This document shows, piece by piece, positions 10,061 through 22,637 of a DNA stretch of 64,000 nucleotides (position 1 is its first letter; each line of letters opens with the position of its first letter). The notes beneath the pieces are model-generated. The model did no database searches. It saw nothing but the letters and a program-made list of their open reading frames with translations, and was not told the DNA's origin. Source of the stretch: Mantamonas sphyraenae STR306. Its lineage: Eukaryota; Protista; CRuMs. The stretch spans positions 186,001-250,000 of the forward strand of contig JAPMXV010000035.1 of the NCBI GenBank assembly GCA_026936335.1, given 5' to 3'. A program made the position numbers and the translations under genes.

Positions 10061-12755
10061 CTAGCCAAACACCGTTTCGATCTGCTTTGCACGCTCTTGT
10101 CGCCGTTGCACGTTCAGCTCCTCGTTTGCTGCCACCACAGGCACACTCACCACACCCGGGTGAAGCGTCTTCTCCTGTGTGCTGTCCACGTCCAGCGGTA
10201 CGGGCCCGTGCTGCGTGGTACCATCCACCTTGGCTTCTGTTGCACTTGCACCAAGCAACAAGGGAGCTGCTTGCGCCTGCTCCTTGCTCAGTCCGGCTTG
10301 TGCACGTGCCGCTTTGGCCTCCTGCCGCGCAGCCACGACAGCAGCATCGGGCACAGCGGCAAACAGGGAACGCAGCTCGGAGCGTGACACCTCCATGCTG
10401 CTCTGCGCCTGCTGCTGGAACGGATCCTCGTCCTGCTGGGGCACAAAGAAGCGTTCACGCAGCCACGCGTCACTGGGCATTTGCATCAGCTGCGCTGCGG
10501 TCAGGCGTTGCCTGGGTCCGGTCTGCAGCAAATCGTCAAAGTCTTCTTCCTCGTCGCTGTCGCTCAGGTCGTCGTCGCTGTCGGCGCCGTCCATCAGCGC
10601 CGGCACAATCACATCGCCCATGGTCATCACAGCCACCGGCACACGTCCCATCATGGCCATGGCCTCCTCTGCGGCCTGGGCATCCTCTGGTGCGGTTTCT
10701 CCAGCAGCCACCAGTGTCAGACCGAGCTGTGCGTCACGGTTGCGCACCCCAGCCAGTGCCTGTGTCGTGGTTTGCAATTCCTGCTGCAGCTGGTTTTCGC
10801 TCTGGTTCACAAACGTCTGGCTCAGCATGCGTTGCCCACCCTCGGCGCGCCGGCTGCTCTCCCCCAGCTGTTCGTTCAGCGTGCCAGACGTAAACACACC
10901 TACGCTGGGATCGTACTTGACGTTGAGGTAGGGACGCAGAGCATAGTCCGCATCCACCACAGTGGTGGCCAAAGCAGGTTCGTACGCCTGCAGCGACGTA
11001 TCGGCCTTGTAGATGCCTCGCTTGGGCAGCTGCACCGTCTCACTCACGCTAGCCGGCACTGTGGCCACCAAGCCGCTTTCCATGGCAAACGGCACCGCAC
11101 GCGGCCCACGAATGCTCTCTTCCTCCTCGGCTCCCACGCGCAGACTGCGACCCTCCTCCGTGGGAAGGTACAACGCTGCCGCCGCCGGGTACGCCTCTTC
11201 GACGTAGCCCAACACCTTCCACTCCAGTGGCACCTGCAACTTGAACGCATCCAGGTCTGTAAACTGCGTCACCTCATGCACGTCCAACACCTGCCGGTTG
11301 CGAAAGTCGCTGTCCCGATACATGGGAAACGCAGGCGGCAGGATCTTGTCCACGTCAATGGGTGCCTCCACAGCGTCCGCCAGCATGGCATTTGTCTCTT
11401 TGATACGCCGCGAGCTGGCCATGCGTGCCTCGTCCGCAACCAGCTGTGCCACCTGCATGCGATCATAGTTGGCTTCTGCCAACACTGCGCGGATACGATG
11501 CAACCTCCGTGCCGCACGGATGCGATAGATCACTGTGCGGGCGGCGTTGATGAACCGGTCCAGTGCACGACGTCGCATGCTCCAGTCCACGTTTTTGTAC
11601 ACGTCAAAGCTGGGCTGAAACTCTGCATGCTGCTGCCCCTCTTCCCTGTTGTGGTTGTTGTTGTGCTGGAGGTGCTGATGATCATAATGCAACACCCGCC
11701 CGTGCTCGTCCTTCTCCGTGCTCCGTCTCTGCCTGTCCTCCTCCTCCTCCAGCATGCGCTTGTTGAACGCATACTCGCGTCGCGAACCACGCACCTCCTC
11801 CGCTTCCTCCTCTGTAAAGGGCTGTGCACCCACACACACAAACCACTTGAGCTCCTTGGCCCTCTCAAATTCTGCTCGCTCCTCCACAATACTCTGGAAA
11901 TCCAGCAGCTTCTCCGCCCTGCTCAATTGCTCCGTGTTCTGTCGCCACTCTGTTTCCAATCCAAACAGAGACACGTCCAACTTGTGTGCTGTCCTTGCCT
12001 GCACCCTCTCTGCGTGCCGACGCTTCTTCTCCTCCAGGATTGCCTTTAGCTCACCCACGCCCATCTTGTCACTCCGATGAGACAACATGGCCATGCTTGA
12101 CGCATGCGACACCCTCCCCGTCGATTGGCGCGATCTTGCCCCGCTGCGACTGCCTCGGCTTCCTCGGCTGCCGCGACTGGCCCGACTGGCACGACTGGCC
12201 CTGCTAGCTCGACTTGACGGACGCATCATGCGTGGTGGCATCATCAGCGAATCTTGAGTGCCCGGACGTTGCTGCTGCTGCTGTCCTTCGCCTGCCTCCA
12301 TGCCACCCATGGCCGCCTCGGAGAAGGACACCGCTGTAAAAGGACGGCTGTGCGTCACCGTCTCCTGCTCCTGCTCCTCCTCCTCACCCTCCTCTGCAAA
12401 CACCTGAATCTGTGCCTGTGCCGACGCCTCTGCCATTGCTTCCTCCTCCCGTTGCATCTCTGCCAGTTCCGCGTCCGTCAGCTTCTCGCTGGGCAGACAG
12501 GATCCGCTCACCACACAGCGCAGCGGTTCAAACTCAAACTGCGACACATTCAACTGGATTTCGGCGTGACACGTCTCGTACTTGGTGGGCGCAAACGTCA
12601 CCGTGATGTCCACGTGTCCCTTGGCTGGGATGATCCCGGCCACGGGCGCCACCTCCACGCTACCGTGCCCTCGCAGCGTTTCAACCTCAAATTCAAAGTC
12701 AATAGGCACGTCGCATTGCAACCGGATGCTCCTGCTTCGTCTGCATGCGTTCAAA

Positions 12756-12794
<39 letters not shown>

Positions 12795-13492
12795 CGTGTG
12801 TGCGTTGTTCGGAGTGAGCGCCGAGCGAATCAGGAATCCAACGGTCGCCGCCGCGGGCAACTCGCTCTACTCACGTTTTCTGGAGCAACACCGTGCCAAA
12901 GTCAATTTTGGATGGAAAGTCCACCTTGTTGATGACAGGGTACGCGTGGATGGGCACGAGCAGGTTGTCCGTCTCTGTCTGCACCCGCAGGCAGTCGTAG
13001 TAGTACCGGTGTTCGTCGGGTACAAACTCAAGCACAATCTCCTCCGCCATGCCCGGCGCCACCGCCCCCTGTGCGATTGTCCAATCCCATGAAGAGCAGA
13101 AGGAGCAAAGTGCCATGGCCATTTCCCGTCGGGGATCTGTGTCAGTCTGCGTTGCCTGTTGCCACGCGCCCGGGCGTTGGGTCCCGGGTCCCACCCAGTC
13201 GCTCACACACACGTGCCTTTTTGTCCACCTTGGACACAAAGTGGCTGGTCAGTGGAGGCACCACGTGCACTCGCTGGCTCTTCGAGGTCACATTGACCAG
13301 ACGCACCCGTTGGCGATGAACCTTGTTCAGCTCAAAGCCGCCAAAGTGCACCACCGCAGGGCGCACTTGGAACAGCTCGCCCGCTGCCAAACCCGTGTAC
13401 AGCTCTGTGTGTCCCGTGTCAGTGTCCAGCCACCACATGCACGTTTTTCACGTTGCCTCACACACAATCATCTCCAACGCACTTGACTCCAT
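10061..13492 (-). CDS. CFAP221: Cilia/flagella central-pair protein CFAP221 (PCDP1), 4 exons
   Basis: MESKLY..FQVRPAVVHFGGF, FVPDEHRYYYDCLRV, LLVPIHAYPVIN, FPSKIDFG, LQCDVPIDFEF. Introns 13405-13482, 13069-13216 (GC-AG), 12741-12874. Confidence 0.9.
12757..12803. repeat. (GT)n microsatellite in CFAP221 intron
   Basis: Direct observation. Confidence 0.9.
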
Positions 13493-13641
13493 GGGGTTGG
13501 CCACAGCCTGGTGCGACGTGTCCACCAGGCTCGACGGCACGCGCACGCTCGTCGTTGTCATCGTCGTCGTGTTGGCACAGGCAGCGCGACACACATCCCA
13601 ACGAAACAAAGCTCCCATTCGCTTAGCAAGCCACACAAACC

Positions 13642-15171
13642 ATGCTTTGGTACGACCCCAGCCGCTTCTTTGCCAACATCTTTCAGCTGCAGGGGTCCGT
13701 CATCAAGGACATCATCCCGCAGCTCGTGGTCTCTGCCCTCCTTGGCGCCGTTGCTGGCTTTGTCGACGATACATACGGCTTCCACATCTCTACATACATC
13801 CATCAGATCCTCGGCGTGGCTCTCGGCCTGCTTCTTGTGTTCCGTAGCAACATTTCGTTTCAGCGCTACTGGGAAGGTGAGCAAAGCCAGCCTGCCTGCC
13901 TCCCTCCTTCACCTCAGGCCTCCCTGGAGCTGACACAGCCCTGGCCCGTCCCCATCGAATCCAGGTCGCACCCACTTTGGCATGATTGTGTTTTCCATGC
14001 GCAACCTTATGCGCCAGGTCACCCTCTTTGTGCCAATGGACGACCAGGACGGCGAGCGTGCCGTGTACGACATGCGCCGCTACATCTCTGCCTGCTACGT
14101 TTGCATTCAGAAGCACGTGCGCTACGAGAACGACCTGGACGTGCTTAAGAAGTATCTCACCACCGCAGAGATCGATGAGCTTCACCAGTACCGCAACCGG
14201 CCCTTCATGATTATTCAGTGGCTCACTCTCGTCCTTGCTTCGGTATGTGCGCCCCTTCCCACCCGTTTTTGTTTCGATGCCGCCTACCGTCCCGTTGCCC
14301 AGCCACCCATCCCTCCCCCCCTTCCCCCGCTCCTTCTGTTTCGTCCCGTTTCCATTCCCGGTGGTATCCTCCTCATTACCCCGACGGCTGACGCCCTCTC
14401 GTTTCCGCCGCGGGTGTGTGCCTGGCTCACCAGTTTTCCGAAAAGGGGGCTGTGTCGGATTACAAGCTCATGCAGCTGGACACGTCGTTGTCCAATATCC
14501 TGGAACACTTCCACGGCGTGGACAAGATCAGCAGCACGCCGTTCCCGTTTCCGTACGCACAGACGCTGTCGATGTTCCTCTCGCTGTTCTGCTTCTCCGT
14601 GCCCTTTGCCTTGTCTGAGGAGCTCGGTTACTATTCCTGCATCGCCTCTGTCTTCATCTCCTTTGGCTACTTTTCCATCTACGCCGTGGGTGTGGAACTG
14701 GAGGATCCGTTTGGCCACGACGCCAACGATCTGCCCCTGACCCAGATTGGCATCAACATGGACGATGACCTGGAGCACATCTTCCGCACCACCCGCTATG
14801 GCATCCGTCGCCTGCCCACCATGTCGCAGATCCCGCTTTCTGCTCTGCGCAGGCGCCCCACAGACGACGACATGGACGCCAAAGGCGACAGCGACGCCTC
14901 CTCTTCTTCCACCAGTGGCACGCTTGAAGACATCAACCATGACGAGGATGGACCCGCGGGCGGGGCTGACACGGTTGGCCTGCTTCGAGCCAAGCGCCAC
15001 GATGGCAAGCGGGCACCCATGCTTGGGCGCATTGGCGCAGGAAAGAACAAGCGAGCTGGCTACGGTGCCATTCCTTACTCCATCAACGGCGACGAGGAAT
15101 CGCAGGCCAGTTTGGATCCACAGCGGCGCATCACTGTTGCTCCGCCTCAGCGTGGGGTTGTCGTGAACTGA
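13642..15171 (+). CDS. Bestrophin-family anion channel (YneE/VCCN-type), 3 exons
   Basis: LGLLLVFRSNISFQRYWEGR, KISSTPFPFPY, GVELEDPFGHDANDLPL. Introns 13877-13964 and 14243-14433. Confidence 0.92.
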
Positions 15172-15313
15172 GAGGCACTTTGTGCACGATTCACACTGGG
15201 ACACATACACACGCACACACACACGCATGCACACACACTTGTTGTCCACGGGATGCAGAGGACGGCGAAGATGAACCAAACAAAATCCACACAATATCCA
15301 CCCTTTCCATTGC

Positions 15314-18300
15314 ATGTCCACTCCCAGCAAGCATAGTCTGTCGTACATCCACGGTGTTCACGATGTGCCGGACCTGAGCCCACAGCAGCAGCGAAGGGGT
15401 AGCAAAGGCTCACGGCGGCGGATTGGGTCAGCAAAGCGAACCAGCGGCAGCGCCAAAAAGCGGACGGGGAGGAGGGGCAAAGGCACAGAGACGGAGGAAG
15501 ACAGGCGTCGGCCACTCTCCGCGGCACCCAGACTGCAGTCGAGCGAAGCACGCACTCAGGAATCGCGTGCGCAGCTGATTCGGGATGGAGCGGTTGTGTC
15601 GCCCGCCGTCTACGGCAATCGGCTCGTGGCCCACAGGGCACACCAGGAGAAGCTGAACCGACAGGAAGAAGCCGTGCAGTACGAACGCCACCTGCTGTCG
15701 TTTTATCCGTCGCAGGTGCTGGAGGAGCAGCGTGTGTATCTGCGCAAGGGAGTGACCGTTGCAGACGAAGCGCAGGGCGACGACACGAGCTCCTCCTCCA
15801 CCCACCTCCATCATCCTACCCAGGAACCACAAGCGCCTCGTGTGAATCTTAAAGGGCTGGCTCGTCCACTGTCCGCCTCACCGCGTGCTCGCTTCCAGGT
15901 GCAAGCGGGCCTTCGTGCGCGTGGCCTGAAGATGGCCCTGCTGGACCAGCAGGAGGTGTTGGAGCAGGCCAAGAAGCGCCAGCAAATGGAAGCACAGGTG
16001 GAACTGGAGAAGCTGGAGCAGATGAACGAGCATCTGAAAGAGGTTCACCGGCAACGCGTGGCGGACATGGAGCGGGCCAAGCAGCAGTTGGCAAACCGTG
16101 GCTACGCCGCGTACGAGGAGCTCCTGGAGGAGGAACAGCGAAGGGAAGAGGAAGCGAAACGCTCGGTGGCTCAGTTGCAGCGTGGCCGCATGGAGGATGC
16201 CTTGGATGAAGACAAACAGGAGCTGCGTGTGCCGTGGCTCAGCAACCTGGGCGTGCCTGTGGACCCCAGTGAGTGGGAAGACCGGCACAGCCAACTCACG
16301 CACATGTGGAACACGTACTGGAAGGAACAGCAGGCGTTGCAGGCCAGTGGGCAAACAGCCACGGACGAGGAAAAGGAGGCATACCCCACGCAGATGCTAC
16401 AATCGCGCCTGGGTGTGCAGCTGCTGCGCCAATGGTACCACGACATGTGCCACGGCATCATTTCTAGTGCACCTGGACTTTCTGAGCGTCAGGTGGACGC
16501 CATGGAAGGCACGCACGGCAGCGAGGGGTGGGTGAGCACGTTGCTTCAGGCTCACTTGGATGCAACCCTGGTGGACAAAGGACACGCGGACAACGACGAA
16601 GGAAACGACGCAACATGGGCCCAGCGGCAAAAGAGTCTGTTTGCACGTCTGATGGATGTCCAGCAGCTGTGTTTCAAGGAAGTGTGTTCGCAGGTGAGCC
16701 GGCAGTCGCACGACCGTGGCGAGTTGCTGCAGCTGCTGTGGGATCAGCAGAGTCAGGTGGCAAGGCAACTGATGGAACGGATGGTGGACAGCCATGCGGT
16801 GCAGCACAACATGAAACAGATGGCACAGCGAGAGAAAAAGGTGGGTGACGAGCGGTTGCAAACCATTCGCCATTTTGTGCGTCAACTGGAGGGCAAAAAG
16901 GCACAGCACGAGCTGTTCCGTCGCAACGCAGAGGAGTACCAGAATTTGCTGCGGCAGGATGTGCAGGTGCTGAAGCAGCATGTCGTGCAGTTGGAGAAGC
17001 GCCTGGCCTTGTTTGAGGAAGGGGTGGACAACCTCAAGGCCATCCAGATCTCCTCATTGTCCGGAGAGCGCGGCAGCAGTGCACGTCGCAGCCGACGTGG
17101 TTCCATGTCGTCCCCGTCGCGCTCTCGTTCGTCCACGCTCATGAGTGGTGGCAACACACGCGAACGTCGCTCGCAGCTCGATGCGGCTCGACAGGCAGCC
17201 AAGGCGTCGTCGTCCATCTCCATTGGCGACGAGCCCGTGTACAGTGCCGAAGAACTGCAGCGTGAGCTGGAAGATGCACTGCGATACCACACCTTTGCCC
17301 CCAACCGGCTAGCACTGGACACGTACTTGGACGGCTACTCATCTCACGACGACTCGGACGAGGAAGGGGCGGCAAGCGAAAACGAAAAAGAGGAGCAAGA
17401 GGAGGAGGATGATGAGGAGGAAGGCGTCAATGGGAATGTGTCCAGAAGCAGAGCGGTATTGAAAACGGCCCATGCACAGGCTATGGAGGTGGTGCACGAA
17501 AACCGCAAGCGACGCGCGGTAGACGAGCAAGACCTGGACGAATGGACACGCAGGAACGCAGTGGAGCACATCATGCAGGTCGGACAGGAGCATGGTACCA
17601 CGCAGCAGCAAGGTGGTGGGAACGAAGCAGGGAACAGGGTGGCTCCGGGCGAGGCGTTGGACGATTTGCACACGCTCGAGCTGATCTTTGATCACGACCA
17701 ACGCCGTTACAGACAACAATGGAAAACGAAGCTGGAGAGCGTGGAGAGCACGCTGCGGGAGCAGGTACGAGCGATGGAATTGCAGGATATGTTGCGACAA
17801 GACAATCGGAAAGAGGCCGAATGTCAGACCCAGACCGATGTGGGCGAGGTGGGCGTGCAGACGGAGCACCAGCTGGAGTTTGGAGCTGGAGGAAGCAGCG
17901 TGGTCAATGCGATGTCGTCTTCGGTCAAGGACAAAAGCAAGGGTACGGGAAGGGCACACAAGGGGAAGACCAAACGGGGCCGTTCCAGGGCCAACAACCA
18001 ACTGTTGGCACCGACGTCATCGACAGAATCGACGCATCATCATCATCATCATCATCGAGTTCCCGATCGCCATCGCCGACGGGAGGGCGCGCAATCAACT
18101 CCTTAAAGCGTCGAAATCGAGGATCGCGCTTCAGTTTGCACAGCAGTGCGAGCAGTCCGTCCCTGTTGGCTGCAGCTGCGAGCGCAGAGGCTGAAGAGTC
18201 GAGAGAGGGTGCAGGTGACGAAGATGATGACGATGGGGCACGGGATAACACTCGCGACGGCGTGTTTGAGTTTGAAGAAGAGTCGCTGGACGACGCGTTC

Positions 18301-19073
18301 CATCTGGGCCTGCTGCGTGTGCATGCAGAAGAGAACGGACGGGTGCGCACGTTGCCATGGCTGCTGCGCTTCCTGCGTCAGTTCTACTCGAGCCTGCTGG
18401 GCATGGATGCTGCGGATTCGCAGCTCACGGAAACGGTGGTGCATCTCAAGATGCGTCCGGTGTCCATTGCATGCTACGAGCACCTGCTGCGTATGTACGG
18501 CCTGAAGACGGTGGCAGAGGACGTACTGACGGATATTGTGTGCACGAGCGTGTCGTATGCAAAGCGCAGCGCGCGGGTGGATATGTTCTGCCGTCTGACG
18601 GGCATCTTGGGAGGGAAACCGCTGTCATTGGACTCACAGGCGCTGTACTTCCGACTCCTACCTATGGTATACCCCAAGCCTCCGCTGTTGGAGCTGTACG
18701 ACGATGCGGTGACATTGACGCGTGCGTTGGCCATTGTGGGCGAAGTGTTTTCAGGTTCGCATGACATTGTGCAGCAGTTGTCGTCGCGTCTACTGGTGCT
18801 CTCGGAGCGGCTGGCAAAGGAGCAAGAAGCACAGCAGTTGCGACTGGAGCGGGAGGCGGAAGCGATTTCGGAACGAGGGGGAGCGGCACTGGCAACGCTG
18901 CGCAACGCAAGCAAGGCTGACGATGGGATCAACAGCGATGGCCAAGGTGATGGGAGGTCGCGCTGTGCGGATGCTGCGAGACACGGCCAAAGCCAGTAGC
19001 AGTCCGGCGTTGCGAGGGGGCCGCGGAGAGCTACTGGAAAGCAGCGTGGGGCGCCGTTCCAGCGCACAGGTGA

Positions 19074-19104
<31 letters not shown>

Positions 19105-19891
19105 TAGCAGCAGCAGCAGAAATGGCAGTGGTACGGGAGGACACGCCGTGCAGGGAAAGGCGCACGTGGACATTCAAGTGGACATGTTTCTGCAAATAGT
19201 GCTTGAGGAGTGGCACGAAGACAACCGTCGTTTCCAGGATATGGTGCGCATGATGTTCAAGTCAGACAATCTGGGAGAGGAAAAGGTGTTGCCGCTTGAC
19301 GAGTACCGACACATTGTGGAGCTTGCGGATCCGAATCGGGAGGAAGCGGACGTGGTTCGCATGTACAGGCGCACGCTGATGGAGTCTGGTCTGCGCTATC
19401 CGCATTTGCCAAACGGAGTGATTGTGTGCGAGGTGATGGTCAAGGTGGCGGGGGAGTCGCGGCGGAGCATGTGGTTGCACAAGCTGCAGTCGCAGGACAT
19501 CCGTTTGGTGGGTGCTACAGAGCGCACATCATTGTACGATGTCAACGAGAAGTTTGAGTTGCTGGAAGAGTCGTGGAACGACTCGCAGAGCAGCGTGAAA
19601 GAGACGTTGCGGCGTTTGCGGGAAGCGATGACGGACATCAGCGACTTTCAGGCGAAACGGCGCAAGCTGTTGGAAATTATGGAAAAAAGGGAGGGAGCGG
19701 ATGAGGCATGGACCCTGTACCGTTCGTTTCTGGGAGAGCTGACAAGCGAGCTTCAGAAGCTTCAACGCATTCGTCGCTTCCAGGCGGCCGCAAACAAGGT
19801 GGTAGCTCTGACGCGCATGAACTTGATGGCAAAGAAGACAGCAAAGAAGAAGAAACTGATGGAGAGACTCGATGATGATGATGCGCTGTAG
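15314..19891 (+). CDS. Large coiled-coil protein with axonemal dynein light chain (p28)-like segment and C-terminal EF-hand-like region; two frame breaks
   Basis: Three overlapping ORFs (15314-18106, 17719-18999, 18722-19891) read through with shifts near 18030 and 18920. CFKEVCSQVSRQSHDRGELL resembles the p28 motif; MFKSDNLGEEKVLPLDEYRHIV is EF-hand-like. Confidence 0.6.
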
Positions 19892-20180
19892 GTGGGTGGC
19901 GATTGGCGCCGTAGAAGAGACAAGGGCAAAACACACGTTTTTCGCTCAAAAGGAGCGAAACACGACTTTCTGCGTGACGTTTAGGGCTCCCATACGACTG
20001 GAAAGACCTGTTGGGGTGTGTGAACGGTAGTATACCATAGTTTGGACAATTGAACATATGTGCACGGCGTTTGCTATCGATATGCGGGGGAATTGGAGAA
20101 CCAAAAAAGGCGCGAGGTTTGGGTCAATCCAAACCAAACCCGCGAAAAAAAAGGAGACTCCCACTCTCCAAACAAGCGCG

Positions 20181-22534
20181 ATGGCCTCGAAGCATCATAT
20201 CCTGACGGATATGAGCGAGGAAGACCTTTCAGTCTTTATGGCGAACTTGGTAGATGTAGTCGAGGAGCGCCGTGATGCGTGTGGCTTTGTGGCGAGTCCA
20301 GGTAGACATGATGGGTACGCAGGTGAACACGCAAAGTCAGGAAACATGGCAGAGGCATCGTTGAAGGGATCCAGGACTAGAACGATTGCAAAAAACAAGC
20401 GTCGACACAGTGAGGACGCGTGGAGGAGTATGAACAGCAAAATGTCCAATCACGGACGGAGTGTTGTGCCGAAGTCGCCGCTGTCGTCAAAGCACGCAGG
20501 ACGAAGTTTTCCAGCAGCAGGGAGAAGCTTCTACAAAGAGGAGGGAGTGGTGCAAGGCGCCTCGCTGGAGGCTGAAGAACATCGCTGGGCGGAGTCGCAT
20601 CACTCGTGTGATAGCAGCCAAGATGATGATGAAACGAACGCGGACGGGCACCTAGGAGAAAGTCACCGAAGAGATACAACGCATGTGGAGGGCAGCGTCT
20701 CTGGGTCGAATGTGGAATCGTGGATCGAAGAGACTTTGGTGGACGTGAAAGTAGTGGATCTGGTATCAAGTACAAACATGCATGGAACAGAAGTGACGTT
20801 TGAAAGCGACGACGAGGACGAGAGAGAGGACTCACCCAAATTCCCTAAAGAGGCAAGCGTGTCCGGTCACCAGGGACAACCGTTATTGGCGAAGACGACG
20901 AGTTGCAACTGATGCTATATTCTATGTCGAGTCCCTCCGCGCTTATGACCGCCATCTCACGAAAGGTGAGCCAAATGAGGCTTGCATTGTATGTGAGCGT
21001 GTTCTGCTTTCCGTTTATGGCGCTCCTGATGTACTTTTTCTACGCTCGCTGGATGGAGAGCGTACGCCAAGGCAAGTGGACGGTGTCACAGATGAGCATT
21101 GAAACGCGCCTCGGTTGGGAGTCTGCGTGGGCAGTGTTCCTGGGCACAGCACTCTTTTTGGGTGTAATTGTTGTTTCCGGCCCAACGCTGCTGTTCAACC
21201 TGGTGGTTCCAAGGGGCGTGACCGCGAGTGTGCTTGCCAACAGGTACAAAGGCTTGCATATGCTCATGGTGATTCCACCCATGCTCGTTACTTTGTTTCC
21301 CACATTATTCGGCTTTGCAACTGTTCCGGTGTGGGTGGTGGTTTCCGGCATGGTGGCCATGGCGTCCCTTGCCACCCTGCCAGTGTACATTCTGTGGCAT
21401 ACGGTGTTTGGCAGCACAGGCGTGCCCTTTGCCGTGTCTATTCTATGTGTGAGCAGTGGTATCGTGGGGTGTCTGGTGTACTTGTACATTCTGCCACTGC
21501 TGTGGTCGATCTTCCATGACGACTCGACTCGCATGGTTATTCTGGTGGCTACAACATTGACGGTAGACCAGTGGCTTGGTTCGCTTACTCGCTGGATATG
21601 TCGACGCTGGATTTCCATGGGCATGCACAACGAAGACCACATCCTGCACGCGACGCTGCTTCTGTACCACTTGTCCATGCGTATGATGATTTACATGTTG
21701 CCAACGGTGATGGAGCAGGCAGCCATAGGTTTGACAGTGTCTCTGGTGGCGCTGGGAACTCAGTCGTTGTCGCGCCGTGTGGACAGCCTTGTATGGACGA
21801 AAGTATGTGGTTCGGTGGAAGCGGTCAAGATTAACGCTGGGAGTGATGCAGATACATGGGACAGGTACGGCCGTGCAGCGGAATCAAGCCGAATGGTGGC
21901 CATTCTGGCAACCGGTGCAGTGGCAGCCATGGGCGGACTAGGAGGCATGGGCACTGGGTTACTGCTGGGCAGCATGGTGGCGCAATATGCCCTGGAAATG
22001 GGCGTTCAAACGGGATTTGCGTTGATGTGCGCGCACCTCGGCTTCAAGTATGCTCAGATGTGGAATCCGAGCGAAGATCTCCAAGAGGCCATGCGGGACA
22101 CAGCGGCAAGGAAAAAAGGATGCGTGGTTATGGAGTCGTCAGAAAGTATCAACAGGGTGAAAGGAGTGAGCAAGAAGTTGACCAACAACTACGTGCTTGA
22201 AACTGAAAGCGACGACTCATCGTGGTCAAAGAACGAAGGCTCGAAGCGCAGCAGCACTGAGGACTTTGATGTGGAACAGGGCTGCCTGCCAGTTTCCATC
22301 ACAGCGAAGCAACGACAATCAGCGCTGTTGCCATTCGCACACTTGTTTGCGTCGCACGTGCGCCTGTATTCGGATTGGACCGACCCGCCGACGTCCGCCA
22401 CTGCCGCAATGGTTGGCACCTCGCTCGGAGTCATGCTGTTCTGGTTCGGCACGTTTTTCTGTGGCAACTTTGGCAACGTTGCGCTGCCGAACCAAGGTCT
22501 GGAATTGGGCTTGCTTCCTTTGGTGTTGGGCTGA
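20181..22534 (+). CDS. Multi-pass membrane protein, family member A (one frame break near 20873)
   Basis: Soluble N-terminus (MASKHHILTDM...) plus ~10 hydrophobic segments; both parts align with 27379-29626. Confidence 0.75.
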
Positions 22535-22637
22535 GGCGACAACGAGAGCTGTCGCAACAGAAATTCAGAAACTTTTCTCCCACAACGATGTCTTTTGCTG
22601 AAGGCGACTTTTCACACAAACGAGGGCGGGAGGACCC

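Noticed and set aside
10481-12049. Long antisense or alternate-frame ORFs (e.g. 10481-12049, 23057-24613, 42695-43945, 51862-53271)
   Set aside because: Shadows of GC-rich coding genes on the opposite strand, with no motifs of their own.
12130-12215. Short tandem repeat arrays (9-bp units here; TCG/CAG/GAT runs elsewhere) as CRISPR-like or regulatory repeats
   Set aside because: They encode low-complexity peptides (SRA/SRG, poly-Ser, poly-Asp) within CDS and have no spacer structure.
20840-20912. Conserved frameshift between the N-terminal and TM domains of paralogs A and B
   Set aside because: The breaks are in opposite directions (-1 in A, +1 in B) and at non-equivalent positions; B can be explained by a 52-nt intron.
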